From NCBI GenBank assembly GCA_020353055.1, contig CP070686.1:1323160-1387159 (forward strand): DNA of 64,000 nucleotides, written 5' to 3'. The notes under the pieces were generated by a model. It worked only from the letters and a program-made list of their open reading frames with translations. It had not been told where the DNA came from and made no database searches. The stretch comes from a candidate division WOR-3 bacterium. Its GTDB lineage: Bacteria; Hydrothermota; Tepidihabitantia; SM23-42. A program made the translations under genes and the position numbers. Below, in pieces: positions 1 to 9,667 of the stretch (the first letter of the stretch is position 1; every line of letters begins with the position of its first letter).

Positions 1-997
1 CCACAACGGTACTTTCGCTGAACGTAGCATAGTCCATATCGATATTGAACATTGATGCAATATCGACGGTATCGATAACATTCAATTCGTTCTGTATGGG
101 TATCGTCAGGATGACCAGCGGAAAATCTGCCGGCGCTTCCGGACCACCATAGGCACCCATATCATTCCTTGTACCATCAGGATCATCATATTGAGGCAGG
201 GGATTGCCCGAATCGATGCAAGGAGATCCTGGTTGAAGATGATAATCGCCTTCGGGTTCATCAACATAAAGAGGGTTTTCAGAGATGCATCCTTGCCCCG
301 GAGAGCAATAGTGGTAATTCTGTCCGTTGTTCCAGACATCGTTATAAGTGATATCGGTCGGGACGCTGGTATTCACAACACCGATACCGTATGTAGTATT
401 CCCCGTCACCACGTTGTTCATGACAATGGGTTGATATCCACCGCTGTCATATATGCCATTATTATTGTTTGCTATTGTATTGTTGACAACTGAGGCGTCG
501 GTACTCAGGCTGATGCCCGTATAGACATTATCGACCACGATATTATTGTGTATGTATGCGTTAGCCCCGTTCCACGTTACGATACCGAAATCATTTCCTT
601 CGACCCGATTACCGGTGAGGTCGGGTGAAGCGCCACTATTGCAGAAGATTCCGGCTCCACCGGGCATTGAACCGCCAGAATGGGCACCGGTCACCGTAAA
701 CCCAAGGAATTTAGTTGTATTCGTGATGTTATTGCCTGATGCAAAAACCACATCGCCGGCGTTTCCTCCACCATCGATAATCGATCTGCCTTCTCCTGCT
801 CCCATAACGGTGACACCGGCTTTCAGCGTGATTTCTTCATAATATGTGCCCGGTGCTACCAGAACAATGTCGTTGGCAATTGCCGCGTCTATCCCGGCCT
901 GTATGGTCGGATAGTCACCTGGCACCTTGATTATCGCTCCCTGTATTTGTCCAGGAAGAAGCATAATCAGAATGAATGGAATATAAATTCTACACAT
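1..997 (-). CDS. secreted right-handed parallel beta-helix repeat protein, N-terminal part (gene runs off left edge)
   Basis: Edge-open frame absent from ORF track. My translation from ATG at 997 reads MCRIYIPFILIMLLPGQIQGAIIKVPGDYPTIQAGIDAAIANDIVLVAPGTYYEEITL... Repeated turns follow (NRVEGNDFGI, HNNIVVDN, VVNNTIANN, VMNNVVTGN, CIDSGNP). The N-terminus is signal-peptide-like and GAGGTGGAG SD lies just upstream. Confidence 0.7.
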   Translation of the reverse strand, partial: MCRIYIPFILIMLLPGQIQGAIIKVPGDYPTIQAGIDAAIANDIVLVAPGTYYEEITLKAGVTVMGAGEGRSIIDGGGNAGDVVFASGNNITNTTKFLGFTVTGAHSGGSMPGGAGIFCNSGASPDLTGNRVEGNDFGIVTWNGANAYIHNNIVVDNVYTGISLSTDASVVNNTIANNNNGIYDSGGYQPIVMNNVVTGNTTYGIGVVNTSVPTDITYNDVWNNGQNYHYCSPGQGCISENPLYVDEPEGDYHLQPGSPCIDSGNPLPQYDDPDGTRNDMGAYGGPEAPADFPLVILTIPIQNELNVIDTVDIASMFNIDMDYATFSESTVV

Positions 998-1085
998 CTC
1001 CACCTCTCTTTTTCTTACATCGCAGATGCACTTCTCGCATTACCTAAGTGATCATAAAAAGTAAATTTCTGTACTCCGATGACAA

Positions 1086-1113
1086 ATTGTACTCTGAATT
1101 TGCAGTAAGTCAA
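1086..1113 (-). promoter_or_regulatory. sigma70-type promoter (TTGACT-N16-TACAAT) upstream of beta-helix gene
   Basis: Minus strand reads TTGACT tactgcaaattcagag TACAAT, about 90 nt upstream of the ATG at 997. Confidence 0.4.
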
Positions 1114-1220
1114 ACTAAACGATGCCCGTAAAATACAGAATAAGCATTAGACGTGTAACCGAGCGGTGTTCCAGGCGCTTCCCATCCCTTGACGGGAGCG
1201 GATTTAGCCCCATCCGCACA

Positions 1221-2735
1221 TTAAAACGGCAAAGGCAAGGTGTTGATTTTGAAAACTGGTATAACGAGGAAATATACGAGAATGGTTATGATTATCGCCC
1301 CGACGATATTGAGGAAAAACCCAACACGCGCCATGTCCGGAATTCTCAGATATCCGCTTCCGAAAATTATCGCATTCGGCGGTGTCGCAACCGGTAGCAT
1401 GAAAGCACAAGACGCTGACATTGCAGCCGGTATCATGAGGAGAAACGGATGAATGCCAGTCGCTACCGCCAGAGAACCCAAAACCGGCATCATCATCGTC
1501 GTTGTCGCCGTGTTCGACGTAACTTCTGTAAGAAAGGTCAAAAGAAGACAGATACAAAATATCATTATGATCGTAGGCACACCACTTAAAAAGGAAAGAC
1601 CCTCTCCTATCCATTGTGCAAGTCCCGATGTCTGGAATCCAGCGGCCAATGCAAAACCGCCTCCGAACAGGAGTATGATGCCCCACGGTATACGTAGTGC
1701 CCATTCCCAATTGAGCACGAATATTCCTTTCTTGAAATTTACCGGTAAAAGAAAAAGAACGAGTGCACCGAAGATCGCTATTGTTGAATCATGCACATAA
1801 GCACTAATACCGATAAGATCTGCCCAGCCAGGTATCAAAATGAAACCCAGGTCTATGTCGCGTCTCGTTATCCAAGCAAGCGCGACAAGTACAAAAACAA
1901 GAAGTGTCAGTTTTTCACCCTTCTTCATTCTACCAAGAGCGGCCAGGTCGGAATTGATGATTTCCTTGCCTCCGGGGATTTTACTGATTCCCGGCGGTGC
2001 TGCTATGTACGTTAGGTAAAACCAAGTCACCGGTAGGAATACCACAACAAGAGGCAAGCCGATTTTGAACCAATCGAGGAAACCTATTTCTACAGCCGAA
2101 GGGAAAAGCGACTTCACGACACCTGCAAACACGATATTGGGCGGCGTGCCGACCAGTGTCGCGATGCCTCCAATACTTGCAGCATATGCAATACCGAGCA
2201 TCAGAGAGAGTCCAAAGTTGAAGCTTCCAGGTTTTGTGTCTATATTTGGATTCTTCTTTTCAATCATAGTGACCACATGTAGTATCACCGCAAGGCCAAT
2301 CGGGAACATCATCATCGTCGTTGCAGTATTGGATATCCACATAGACAGAAATGCAGTAGCACACATGAATCCGAGTATTATCTTCCGGGGTGAAGTTCCC
2401 AGAATACGAACAATATGAAGCGCAATGCGTTTATGCAAATCCCAGCGTTGCATGGCCATGGCAATGAAAAATCCTCCCATGAACAGAAAAATGTTCGGAT
2501 CGGCATACCTCATGGCAACATCCCGGGCATTCATTACCTGCAAAACAGGAAATAGAAGCAAAGGTAGTAAGGCAGTCGCCGGGATCGGAATAGCTTCTGT
2601 GATCCACCATGTTGCCATCAGTAATGCGATCCCCGCAGTATTTGTAGCCTGTGAACTGAGTCCGGGAAATGGTTTTAGAAGTACTACGATAAGGCAAAAT
2701 AGCGGGCCAGCGAACAAACCTATCTTATGACGCAT
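1221..2735 (-). CDS. DASS/SLC13-family anion:sodium symporter (ArsB/NhaD permease superfamily)
   Basis: 504-aa polytopic ORF. ATWWITEAIPIPATALLPLLLFP and a second TSNTATTTMMMP hairpin-type motif are typical of SLC13/DASS carriers. Confidence 0.85.
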   Translation of the reverse strand: MRHKIGLFAGPLFCLIVVLLKPFPGLSSQATNTAGIALLMATWWITEAIPIPATALLPLLLFPVLQVMNARDVAMRYADPNIFLFMGGFFIAMAMQRWDLHKRIALHIVRILGTSPRKIILGFMCATAFLSMWISNTATTMMMFPIGLAVILHVVTMIEKKNPNIDTKPGSFNFGLSLMLGIAYAASIGGIATLVGTPPNIVFAGVVKSLFPSAVEIGFLDWFKIGLPLVVVFLPVTWFYLTYIAAPPGISKIPGGKEIINSDLAALGRMKKGEKLTLLVFVLVALAWITRRDIDLGFILIPGWADLIGISAYVHDSTIAIFGALVLFLLPVNFKKGIFVLNWEWALRIPWGIILLFGGGFALAAGFQTSGLAQWIGEGLSFLSGVPTIIMIFCICLLLTFLTEVTSNTATTTMMMPVLGSLAVATGIHPFLLMIPAAMSASCAFMLPVATPPNAIIFGSGYLRIPDMARVGFFLNIVGAIIITILVYFLVIPVFKINTLPLPF

Positions 2736-2763
2736 TGTATTACAATTCTACAAAATATCCTAA

Positions 2764-3657
2764 TCAGGTCAAGGTAGGATTCTTGATACTTTCTTTACGA
2801 GCCAGAAAATATATACCGCCGAATAGAGACAATATGCCAAAAAATTGCATTGTCGTGATCGACTCTCTTAACACTACGTAGCCTAAAACGGTGGCGAAGA
2901 AAGGAGTGGACAGTTCCAGTGCCGAAACCTGTGCTGCTTTGATCAGTTTTATACCTTCATAATACAATATCGTACCTATGCCAATGATAATACCGAGGAG
3001 AATCTGATGGATGTTCGTGATCTTAATACCTGACGTAGCAAAGAGGTATATTAAAAAAACTACGGTACCAAAAAAGAATCGATAGAATGCAATGACGGCT
3101 GCATTCAATTCTTTCAGATACCTTCGAGCGACAATTGCGGTGGTAGCCCATGCAAAAGTCGCCAACACCACGTAGAAATCACCGATTGTACCAATTCTAA
3201 TCGCAAGAAGATTATCCAATTCTCTGCTTGTCACAAGTAGACCGGCAACGACCATGAAGAGAATGCCAAGATAGTCGAATTTAGTAACAAGGTCATTCTT
3301 CAGAAAGGCAAAGCCGATGAGCACCACGAATATCGGCTGCATATGTCCTATCAGTACTGCGTTTATGATCTGTACCTTACTCAAAGCGTAGACATACATC
3401 AGGTCAGCGAATAACGTAGCTGCTATCGAAACATAAAGAAGTTTTGGAAGGTATTTTGCTTCAACGCGTAAGCTCTTTCCTGTCAGAAAAAGATATATGG
3501 CTATCGTAATCAGACAGAAAATGGCTCTCGTCGCAAATGTACTCTGAACGTCGGTGGTTTGATAAGAAAGTTTGACCATGATGGGTTCGATCGCCCACAT
3601 TATACTTGCTCCGAGGACAACGAGGACGCCCTTCCTCTTCGTGCTCATCACTATCAC
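2764..3657 (-). CDS. EamA/DMT-family transporter
   Basis: 297 aa with about 10 predicted TM helices in two EamA-like halves (VLGASIMWAIEPI...; ATFAWATTAIVARR...). Confidence 0.8.
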   Translation of the reverse strand: MIVMSTKRKGVLVVLGASIMWAIEPIMVKLSYQTTDVQSTFATRAIFCLITIAIYLFLTGKSLRVEAKYLPKLLYVSIAATLFADLMYVYALSKVQIINAVLIGHMQPIFVVLIGFAFLKNDLVTKFDYLGILFMVVAGLLVTSRELDNLLAIRIGTIGDFYVVLATFAWATTAIVARRYLKELNAAVIAFYRFFFGTVVFLIYLFATSGIKITNIHQILLGIIIGIGTILYYEGIKLIKAAQVSALELSTPFFATVLGYVVLRESITTMQFFGILSLFGGIYFLARKESIKNPTLT

Positions 3658-3703
3658 CTATACTCTGTTTTACAAAAAAGACGAATTTGGAAAGCCTGAA
3701 TCA

Positions 3704-4531
3704 TCACCGATCGGCAGATCCCGGCACAAACGTCACCGAAAATTGATGGGAAACGGACAGATGGCCGTAGCCAATTGAATATCCAACATTGTAAGTTTCG
3801 ACGGAAATCGTAAGTCCCCCAGTTAGACTGAAGTCACCGGCGCCAAAATTGCCGCCGGAATCGATCAACAGGTCATTTGGCTTCAGATATTTCACGCCGA
3901 GAAGCAAGGTAAGGTTATTATATGAATAGCTGATACCGGTATTCACTTCGAGTGTCGGCGCTTTGAGTTCACAAAGAACGCCGAGGTCATCAGTTAATCC
4001 ATATTCTAAACCGATTGCAGCAAATGCCGGTATTGAAGTATTTTCGCCGAATTCCTTACCTAAATTATCAAGCTTGACTCCTATTTTCATAGCCCTGTAT
4101 TGAAGGTATGCACCGACCGTTGCGCAAAAGCCATACAGGTTAAGATCATCTATTCTTTCGATGAATCCCTTGATGGCGAGCCCGAAAGGTCCGTATTTCC
4201 GGCCTATGCCAACGCATAGATTATATGGTGTGAATACTTCGGTCGGATTGCCGGTTGCATCATAACCCTGGATACGACCGTAGTTCAAGTATGAAATCCC
4301 GAACATATTATCCTGGTAAGTGCCACCACATGTCAAATAGTTGGTTGAATAGAGCCACCGGGACAGCGTGACATTGAATGCCATATCGTCCGTATATGCT
4401 GGATTATGAAAGACCGCCAGTCCCTCATCAATGAGAACTGATGCTCCACCAAGGCCCTGTGAGACAACACCTGGTGATAGTCGTAGAAACTGATTGGACT
4501 CAATGGTCAAAAGAAAGAAGAACAATATCAT
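3704..4531 (-). CDS. putative outer-membrane beta-barrel protein (PorV/TraF-like N-terminal motif)
   Basis: 275 aa with alternating beta-strand pattern. N-terminal SQGLGGASVLIDEGLAVFHNPAY resembles the MGGA...NPA motif of PorV/UPF0164-type barrels. It has a 4-nt overlap with the upstream EEP gene. Confidence 0.5.
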   Translation of the reverse strand: MILFFFLLTIESNQFLRLSPGVVSQGLGGASVLIDEGLAVFHNPAYTDDMAFNVTLSRWLYSTNYLTCGGTYQDNMFGISYLNYGRIQGYDATGNPTEVFTPYNLCVGIGRKYGPFGLAIKGFIERIDDLNLYGFCATVGAYLQYRAMKIGVKLDNLGKEFGENTSIPAFAAIGLEYGLTDDLGVLCELKAPTLEVNTGISYSYNNLTLLLGVKYLKPNDLLIDSGGNFGAGDFSLTGGLTISVETYNVGYSIGYGHLSVSHQFSVTFVPGSADR

Positions 4532-5766
4532 TTGATGACCGCCACGTTCGTTCGGTACTCGTAATGGCCAAAGTGTGTCTCGATGACGGCGTGCAGAAAA
4601 TAGACGCCAACCGGTAGATTACCTCTCTGTAGCCTCAGACCACCGGGGTCAAATGTTTCATTTTCATACACCCGCTGCCCCAGTATATTGGTCATCGTAA
4701 TCCTTGCTCTGGTAAAATCTTCATGCCAGGGCAGAATCACGTCTGCATAATCTTGCAAGGGGTTTGGCCATACCTTTACCATCTGCTCGTCTATGCTCGA
4801 GACGACCTCGTCGTCAAGGTCAACCGATACAGGCAGGTGATCTGACGCCCAATACAAAGCTTCGGCAACATCTGCCGGGACTGCACCATTGTATCCGAAG
4901 TTCACAGCAAGGTTGAAATGTTCACCGTCATTACCGCAGATCGCGTAAGAGTTCTCCACGAAATACAAACCAGTGCTATTCATGACACCATCAGAACACA
5001 AAATCATGTCAAAGCGATCGTCCATACCGCCTGTTGCACCGCCGTCAGGAAGTTGATCGACCCTGGTGGACTGCGTGTGCGCACTGGCGTAGTAGCTGTT
5101 CTCGTGCCAGGTGCCGGTTATATCAAGAGGATCAATCAGCCTACCAGTAACATTGACAAGACTGTCTGTCAGTTTCTGAAAGGCAGGTTCTTCACTGTAG
5201 TATATGTTGAAATCACCAGCGACAATGAAATTGGAGCCTGCTGGCAGTGCGTCCAAGCGGTTACGCAGAACCGTTGCCTCCTGCAACCGTATTGATTCGT
5301 TCGTCGCCCCTTGAGATGCTTTGAAGTGAATTGAAAATAGATATAGTTCGCTCTGTGTTTCGGATACTATCATTCGGTATTCTGCAATATCACGGTTGGG
5401 CGTCGTGTGATATTGAGCACCCAGATAGTCAATCCGGTCGGTGCGGTAGAAGAGTGCGTTATCCGTATCAGGACCATCGTTGAACGGCGCGCTTGCGAAA
5501 GTACTACTCACGTGGTGCATGACCGAATCCAAGAACAGAGAGACGCCTTCGTTACTTTGTATTTCCTGTACTACGACAATATCCGGAGTGATAAAGCTCA
5601 TAGCGGCCCTCAAATCATCCAGCCGCTGTGAACCGAGAGCGTCAGGGAAATTGAGTATATTGTATGTCGTGACACGTATCGGTGCACCGGCCGCCCGGCC
5701 GATAGGTGCCAGCAATATTAGAAAAAGCGTTAGTTTGCTCAAATATCGGGCGTAAAATGACCGCAT
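4528..5766 (-). CDS. endonuclease/exonuclease/phosphatase (EEP) family protein with T9SS-type C-terminal sorting domain
   Basis: Has a signal peptide. EEP motifs are TTYNILNF, VVVQEIQ, AGDFN and SDHLPV. The last ~80 aa (VWPNPLQDYADVIL...GVYFLHAVIE...VAVIK) look like a Por-secretion tail. Confidence 0.8.
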   Translation of the reverse strand: MRSFYARYLSKLTLFLILLAPIGRAAGAPIRVTTYNILNFPDALGSQRLDDLRAAMSFITPDIVVVQEIQSNEGVSLFLDSVMHHVSSTFASAPFNDGPDTDNALFYRTDRIDYLGAQYHTTPNRDIAEYRMIVSETQSELYLFSIHFKASQGATNESIRLQEATVLRNRLDALPAGSNFIVAGDFNIYYSEEPAFQKLTDSLVNVTGRLIDPLDITGTWHENSYYASAHTQSTRVDQLPDGGATGGMDDRFDMILCSDGVMNSTGLYFVENSYAICGNDGEHFNLAVNFGYNGAVPADVAEALYWASDHLPVSVDLDDEVVSSIDEQMVKVWPNPLQDYADVILPWHEDFTRARITMTNILGQRVYENETFDPGGLRLQRGNLPVGVYFLHAVIETHFGHYEYRTNVAVIK

Positions 5767-5813
5767 GGCTATCTCACATCAGTTCTATCCGTTGATAATA
5801 ATCGACCAGATGC

Positions 5814-7322
5814 TTACTTTTGGGCGACATCGACTATTCTACCTTCGATACGCCCTTTGAGCGGAGTGTGTTTCTTTACATGATCAGCGATGATATTTCT
5901 CAGGTAGTGGAAGGAATCCTGCACATTCTGTCCGGACTTGAATATCACATACTCACCCCCTCCCGCCGCAAGGAAGGAGTTGGTTACCAGAGAATACATT
6001 TCATCTGAGTCAATTGGTACCCCGTTATCAAGATAAACCTCGAGGATTCGCGAACCGATGGGTTTCTTTGAGTCGTATTTGAACTTCAACCCGGACACCT
6101 GAAATATCGCGTGATGACCGTTAACACCGATCTCGAGTGCTTCAATGATATCCAGCCCCTTCATTTCCATAATAACCGCGGTGTTTGAGAGCGCGTCGAT
6201 ATTGTAGCAATCACGGTACGTGATATCACCTTTCGGCAAATTAGCCCTGATGCCTCCTGAATTGTGTATTGCAATGTCGACCTCGAAATACTCGCGCATT
6301 GCGTCAGTTATCAGATTACCGATGGCAGTTTCTTCAAAACCCGCTCTCGCCAGTTCTTCTTCCGAGTAGCCGATAACCTCATCAAATCCCTTCTGCGTTA
6401 TACTTTCCCATTTCTCTACGATACCGAGCATTACCGTATCTTCATCGATTTGTTCACTGAGTAGATCAACGAGTTCACCCCGGTATCCCGCAATGCGCCT
6501 TGTCTGCTTGTCGATCCACAGATCCAGGAATCCGATACTACTCAGATGACCGTACGCCTGGCATATGATCGTATGATTGATAGAGTCCTCGTACGGAACT
6601 TCGAGCGCGGTAGCACTGTGAGAGCCGATAATGATATCGATTCCCTCGACCGCGCTTGCTACGCGTTTGTCATGCCGTAATCCGATGCCCGTGATCGCAA
6701 GAATCAAGTCGACATTCTTCGCCTTCAACGAGTCAACGTATTCTGCTGCAGTTTCAATCTCGGACCGGACATCATGGTTTGTGAATCTTTCGGGCGTTGT
6801 CATTCCAGACATATATTCCGTAAGCAAACTGAAGATCCCGATCCGTGTTCCAGCTTGTTCGGTTATTACATAGGGATTCAGATAGTCGACCACTTCACGG
6901 GTTTCTTCATTGACGATATTTGTACCAAGAAAAGTGGCATTGACCTTCTGCACGAATTCTCTGAATACATCGACACCCTGGTCATAGTCATGATTCCCTG
7001 GTGCGACTACATCGTACCCGCAGTAGTTGAAATATTCGGCCACGGCCTGTCCTCTCGAGAATTCACCAATTGGCGAACCGACAAACATGTCGCCGGCATC
7101 GAGCAACAGAAAACCGTATCCGAGACTGTTCGCTTCGGTTCTCTTCTCCTCGATGAAGGTCGCTGCCGCCGGTGCGTTGCCGATAGGCGGCGGGAAATAA
7201 GGATTCATCCACCACGCCGTGCTGGGCGATAGCGCACCTTCAATGTCGTTTGTATGCAGAATGTAGATGTGGTCGTATTGTTGAATCTGTGATATCAAGA
7301 AAATGAAGAGTATAGTATGCAA
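5814..7322 (-). CDS. bifunctional metallophosphatase / 5'-nucleotidase (UshA-like)
   Basis: HTNDIEG, DAGDMFVGSP and GNHDYD metallophosphoesterase motifs, plus a 5'-nucleotidase C-terminal region (HNSGGIRANLPKGDITY). Confidence 0.85.
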   Translation of the reverse strand: MHTILFIFLISQIQQYDHIYILHTNDIEGALSPSTAWWMNPYFPPPIGNAPAAATFIEEKRTEANSLGYGFLLLDAGDMFVGSPIGEFSRGQAVAEYFNYCGYDVVAPGNHDYDQGVDVFREFVQKVNATFLGTNIVNEETREVVDYLNPYVITEQAGTRIGIFSLLTEYMSGMTTPERFTNHDVRSEIETAAEYVDSLKAKNVDLILAITGIGLRHDKRVASAVEGIDIIIGSHSATALEVPYEDSINHTIICQAYGHLSSIGFLDLWIDKQTRRIAGYRGELVDLLSEQIDEDTVMLGIVEKWESITQKGFDEVIGYSEEELARAGFEETAIGNLITDAMREYFEVDIAIHNSGGIRANLPKGDITYRDCYNIDALSNTAVIMEMKGLDIIEALEIGVNGHHAIFQVSGLKFKYDSKKPIGSRILEVYLDNGVPIDSDEMYSLVTNSFLAAGGGEYVIFKSGQNVQDSFHYLRNIIADHVKKHTPLKGRIEGRIVDVAQK

Positions 7323-7328
7323 CTTATC

Positions 7329-8417
7329 TCAGAATTGTATTCCAGTTGAAATCAGAAAATGATGGGTGGTTTCGTCAAATTTGTAATTTTCAATGAGGCC
7401 CAGATTCATGTAATCCGAGGCAAGATAATCACGTTTCCCGTAACAATACCCAAGGTCGAAAGAATAGGAACCTGTTTTTAATCCGAAACCCAGGGTAAGG
7501 TTTGTTGTCCAGATTACGCTTTGTACATAGTCTGGAAATACACAAAATCCATACCGCAGGTAGTATTTACGAAGTATCATGTGTTCGATGCCGATTTTGT
7601 ATATTAGTATAGTATTATCCTCCACCCCCTCCCACATTTCAGCTTCGATCTGTGCGACGAACTTCGTCGGGATTCTACCAGGAGGTTGGTACATAACGCC
7701 CAGTGAATGTATCTCTGGATACTCAGAGTCCAGGGCCTCGAGATCATACTGGTGCTGGTATGTGTATGCTGCGCGGAAATTCATGGTCGGGGTAATGGAC
7801 AGTCCGACTTTTATTCTATTACCGCTGAAGTTTATCTCTTCCCGGTCGACCGAATCGGTGAGTTGTGGTATGATGACGGTTCTCTCCATACTCGCTTTTC
7901 CGAACAGGAAGGCATTTTCAACGCCGAAACCGAAGAACTTATACCTGATAGCTATCGTGGGTGATACGGCGTGTACATAACCTCGATAAGAGAGTTCATC
8001 TATACGCACGACCTGGTAGAAATCATCACGGTGTTCCTCAAGATAATTATAATTGTGGTCCCAGACCGGCGCATACTGCAATCCTAGCCGAAGCATATTC
8101 AGTGGGAAAACAAGAAAGGATGTCCCCGGATTAAGATATGAAGTAGTATTTTTCGCCACGGTCGCGATGCCGATGTTATTGCCGAACGAATCATAGACAC
8201 GCAATCCGCGGTTTTCACCTTGCACGTTGAGCAAGCCGGACAGCTCTATCGTTCTTCTACTAAACAGCGACATCGATGCAGGATTAGCGGCATTTTCAAG
8301 GACGATAGATACTCCTCCCAGAGCCATTGAACGCGCATCATAATAGAATATCCGATCGCCTTGAGTAGAAACACCGGGTAGAGTTAGACCTATAAGAAAA
8401 AAAAGAAAATGTAGCAT
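7329..8417 (-). CDS. putative outer-membrane beta-barrel protein
   Basis: 362 aa with a signal peptide. ARSMALGGVSIVLENAANPAS is a PorV/TraF-like motif, and the C-terminus ends in aromatic residues (TGIQF). Its start overlaps the pdaD stop by 1 nt (TAATG). Confidence 0.5.
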   Translation of the reverse strand: MLHFLFFLIGLTLPGVSTQGDRIFYYDARSMALGGVSIVLENAANPASMSLFSRRTIELSGLLNVQGENRGLRVYDSFGNNIGIATVAKNTTSYLNPGTSFLVFPLNMLRLGLQYAPVWDHNYNYLEEHRDDFYQVVRIDELSYRGYVHAVSPTIAIRYKFFGFGVENAFLFGKASMERTVIIPQLTDSVDREEINFSGNRIKVGLSITPTMNFRAAYTYQHQYDLEALDSEYPEIHSLGVMYQPPGRIPTKFVAQIEAEMWEGVEDNTILIYKIGIEHMILRKYYLRYGFCVFPDYVQSVIWTTNLTLGFGLKTGSYSFDLGYCYGKRDYLASDYMNLGLIENYKFDETTHHFLISTGIQF

Positions 8418-8959
8418 TATGGGATCATTACGGCGGCGGCGAGCACTGTTGTCCAGAGACCGTATTTATCACCAATAGCGGTCTGCGTAATGTTCATCGT
8501 TTTTACAATTTTTGTTGAAATCTTCCATAGTTCCTTCCGCTCGTCGTAACTTATATCAGGGTCGAAAGGTACACCCAAGGTCGTGGCCAACATTTGAGCC
8601 GCAAGGTCCTCGGCTTTGTCGCCTGCGCGAACCTCAGTCTCACCGAACGAATGGTATTCGGAGAGGTACCCGTATTGTGATCGATCGCTTGGTATTGCCA
8701 CACCGATCGATGCGGCCAGTAATCGATGAGGTTCGTTAGCGCTCGACTCAGCCACGACGGCATGGATGATTTCTCCTGGAGATAGGGATTGAATGCCTTT
8801 ACTCCTCGGCAGGATTTTTGCTCCCGGCGGGAGAATACTCGAAACACGAACGATGTTGAAAGGCGCTATTCCAGCATCACGAAGCGCCGCCTCAAAGCTC
8901 GTAAGCTTTTCTCTATGCTTACCTACGCCTTTAGTCAAGAATATTCTTTTTGGTATCAT
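8417..8959 (-). CDS. pdaD: pyruvoyl-dependent arginine decarboxylase
   Basis: Begins MIPKRIFLTKGVGKHREKLTSFEAALRDAGIAPFNIVRVSSILPP with the SS self-cleavage site. I chose the start at ATG 8959 because the longer track ORF (to 9028) runs through the tRNA. Confidence 0.85.
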   Translation of the reverse strand: MIPKRIFLTKGVGKHREKLTSFEAALRDAGIAPFNIVRVSSILPPGAKILPRSKGIQSLSPGEIIHAVVAESSANEPHRLLAASIGVAIPSDRSQYGYLSEYHSFGETEVRAGDKAEDLAAQMLATTLGVPFDPDISYDERKELWKISTKIVKTMNITQTAIGDKYGLWTTVLAAAVMIP

Positions 8960-8970
8960 GTTTTCCAATA

Positions 8971-9043
8971 TGGAGCAGACCAGAGTCGAACTGGCGACCT
9001 TCTCGCTGCGAACGAGACGCTCTCCCAACTGAGCTACTGCCCC
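8971..9043 (-). tRNA. tRNA-Ala (anticodon CGC)
   Basis: Hand-folded cloverleaf of GGGGCAGTAGCTCAGTTGGGAGAGCGTCTCGTTCGCAGCGAGAAGGTCGCCAGTTCGACTCTGGTCTGCTCCA. It has the G3:U70 Ala identity pair and anticodon loop TTCGCAG. CCA is not encoded. Confidence 0.9.
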
Positions 9044-9057
9044 TCATTTTGTTCGTG

Positions 9058-9085
9058 ATTATAGCGATTTACCTCTCCCTGTCAA
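9058..9085 (-). promoter_or_regulatory. consensus sigma70-type promoter (TTGACA-N16-TATAAT) driving tRNA-Ala and the downstream pdaD operon
   Basis: Minus strand reads TTGACA gggagaggtaaatcgc TATAAT. It starts 3 nt after the gmk stop, and the -10 element ends 14 nt before the tRNA 5' end. Confidence 0.55.
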
Positions 9086-9088
9086 TAA

Positions 9089-9667
9089 TCACCTATCATT
9101 CCTTGCAGCCCCCAATTCCTTTTCGATTATGTTCGATATTCTGGCTATTGTCGTCTTCAAATCCTTGTTTTCGATCACGTATCTGTAGTCTTTCTTGTAC
9201 TCAAGCTCCTGTATCGCCTTGGCAAGGCGGTTCTTAATGACCTCGTCATGATCAGTATCCCGCTTTATTAATCGTCGTTCGAGCTCGGCAATGTCAGGAG
9301 GAATGATGTAGAAGAAAATTCCTTCGGGATAGAGATTCATGAGTTTCCGCGCACCCTGCACATCGACGTCCATCAGCAAATTGTATCCTGATTTGAGTCC
9401 GTCTTCCAGAGTCTTCTTTGGCGTACCGTAGAAATTACCGTACACTTCTGCATACTCGACGAATCGCCCCTGTTCTATCCACTGCTTGAATTCTTCCGCA
9501 GTGAGAAAGATATACTCTCTTCCATTCTTTTCGACACTTCGTCTTGGCCTCGATGTGGCTGACACTGAATAGCGCAGATCAGAACGTTGGGATAGAAGTT
9601 TTTCGCAAATCGTAGTTTTACCGACCCCGGAAGGCCCAGAGAGTACTACTATTCTGCCTCTATTCAA
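9089..9667 (-). CDS. gmk: guanylate kinase
   Basis: Has the GPSGVGKTT P-loop and Gmk core. The track ORF extends to ATG 9721, which would overlap yicC by 62 nt. An in-frame TTG at 9667 overlaps the yicC stop (CTTGAATAG) and gives a typical ~192-aa Gmk. The start is uncertain. Confidence 0.85.
   Translation of the reverse strand: MNRGRIVVLSGPSGVGKTTICEKLLSQRSDLRYSVSATSRPRRSVEKNGREYIFLTAEEFKQWIEQGRFVEYAEVYGNFYGTPKKTLEDGLKSGYNLLMDVDVQGARKLMNLYPEGIFFYIIPPDIAELERRLIKRDTDHDEVIKNRLAKAIQELEYKKDYRYVIENKDLKTTIARISNIIEKELGAARNDR

Noticed and set aside
8960-9028. N-terminal 23 codons of the 203-aa track ORF (MGERLVRSEKVASSTLVCSILEN...)
   Set aside because: This part of the ORF is the reverse-strand reading of tRNA-Ala. 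PdaD homology begins at MIPKR (ATG 8959).
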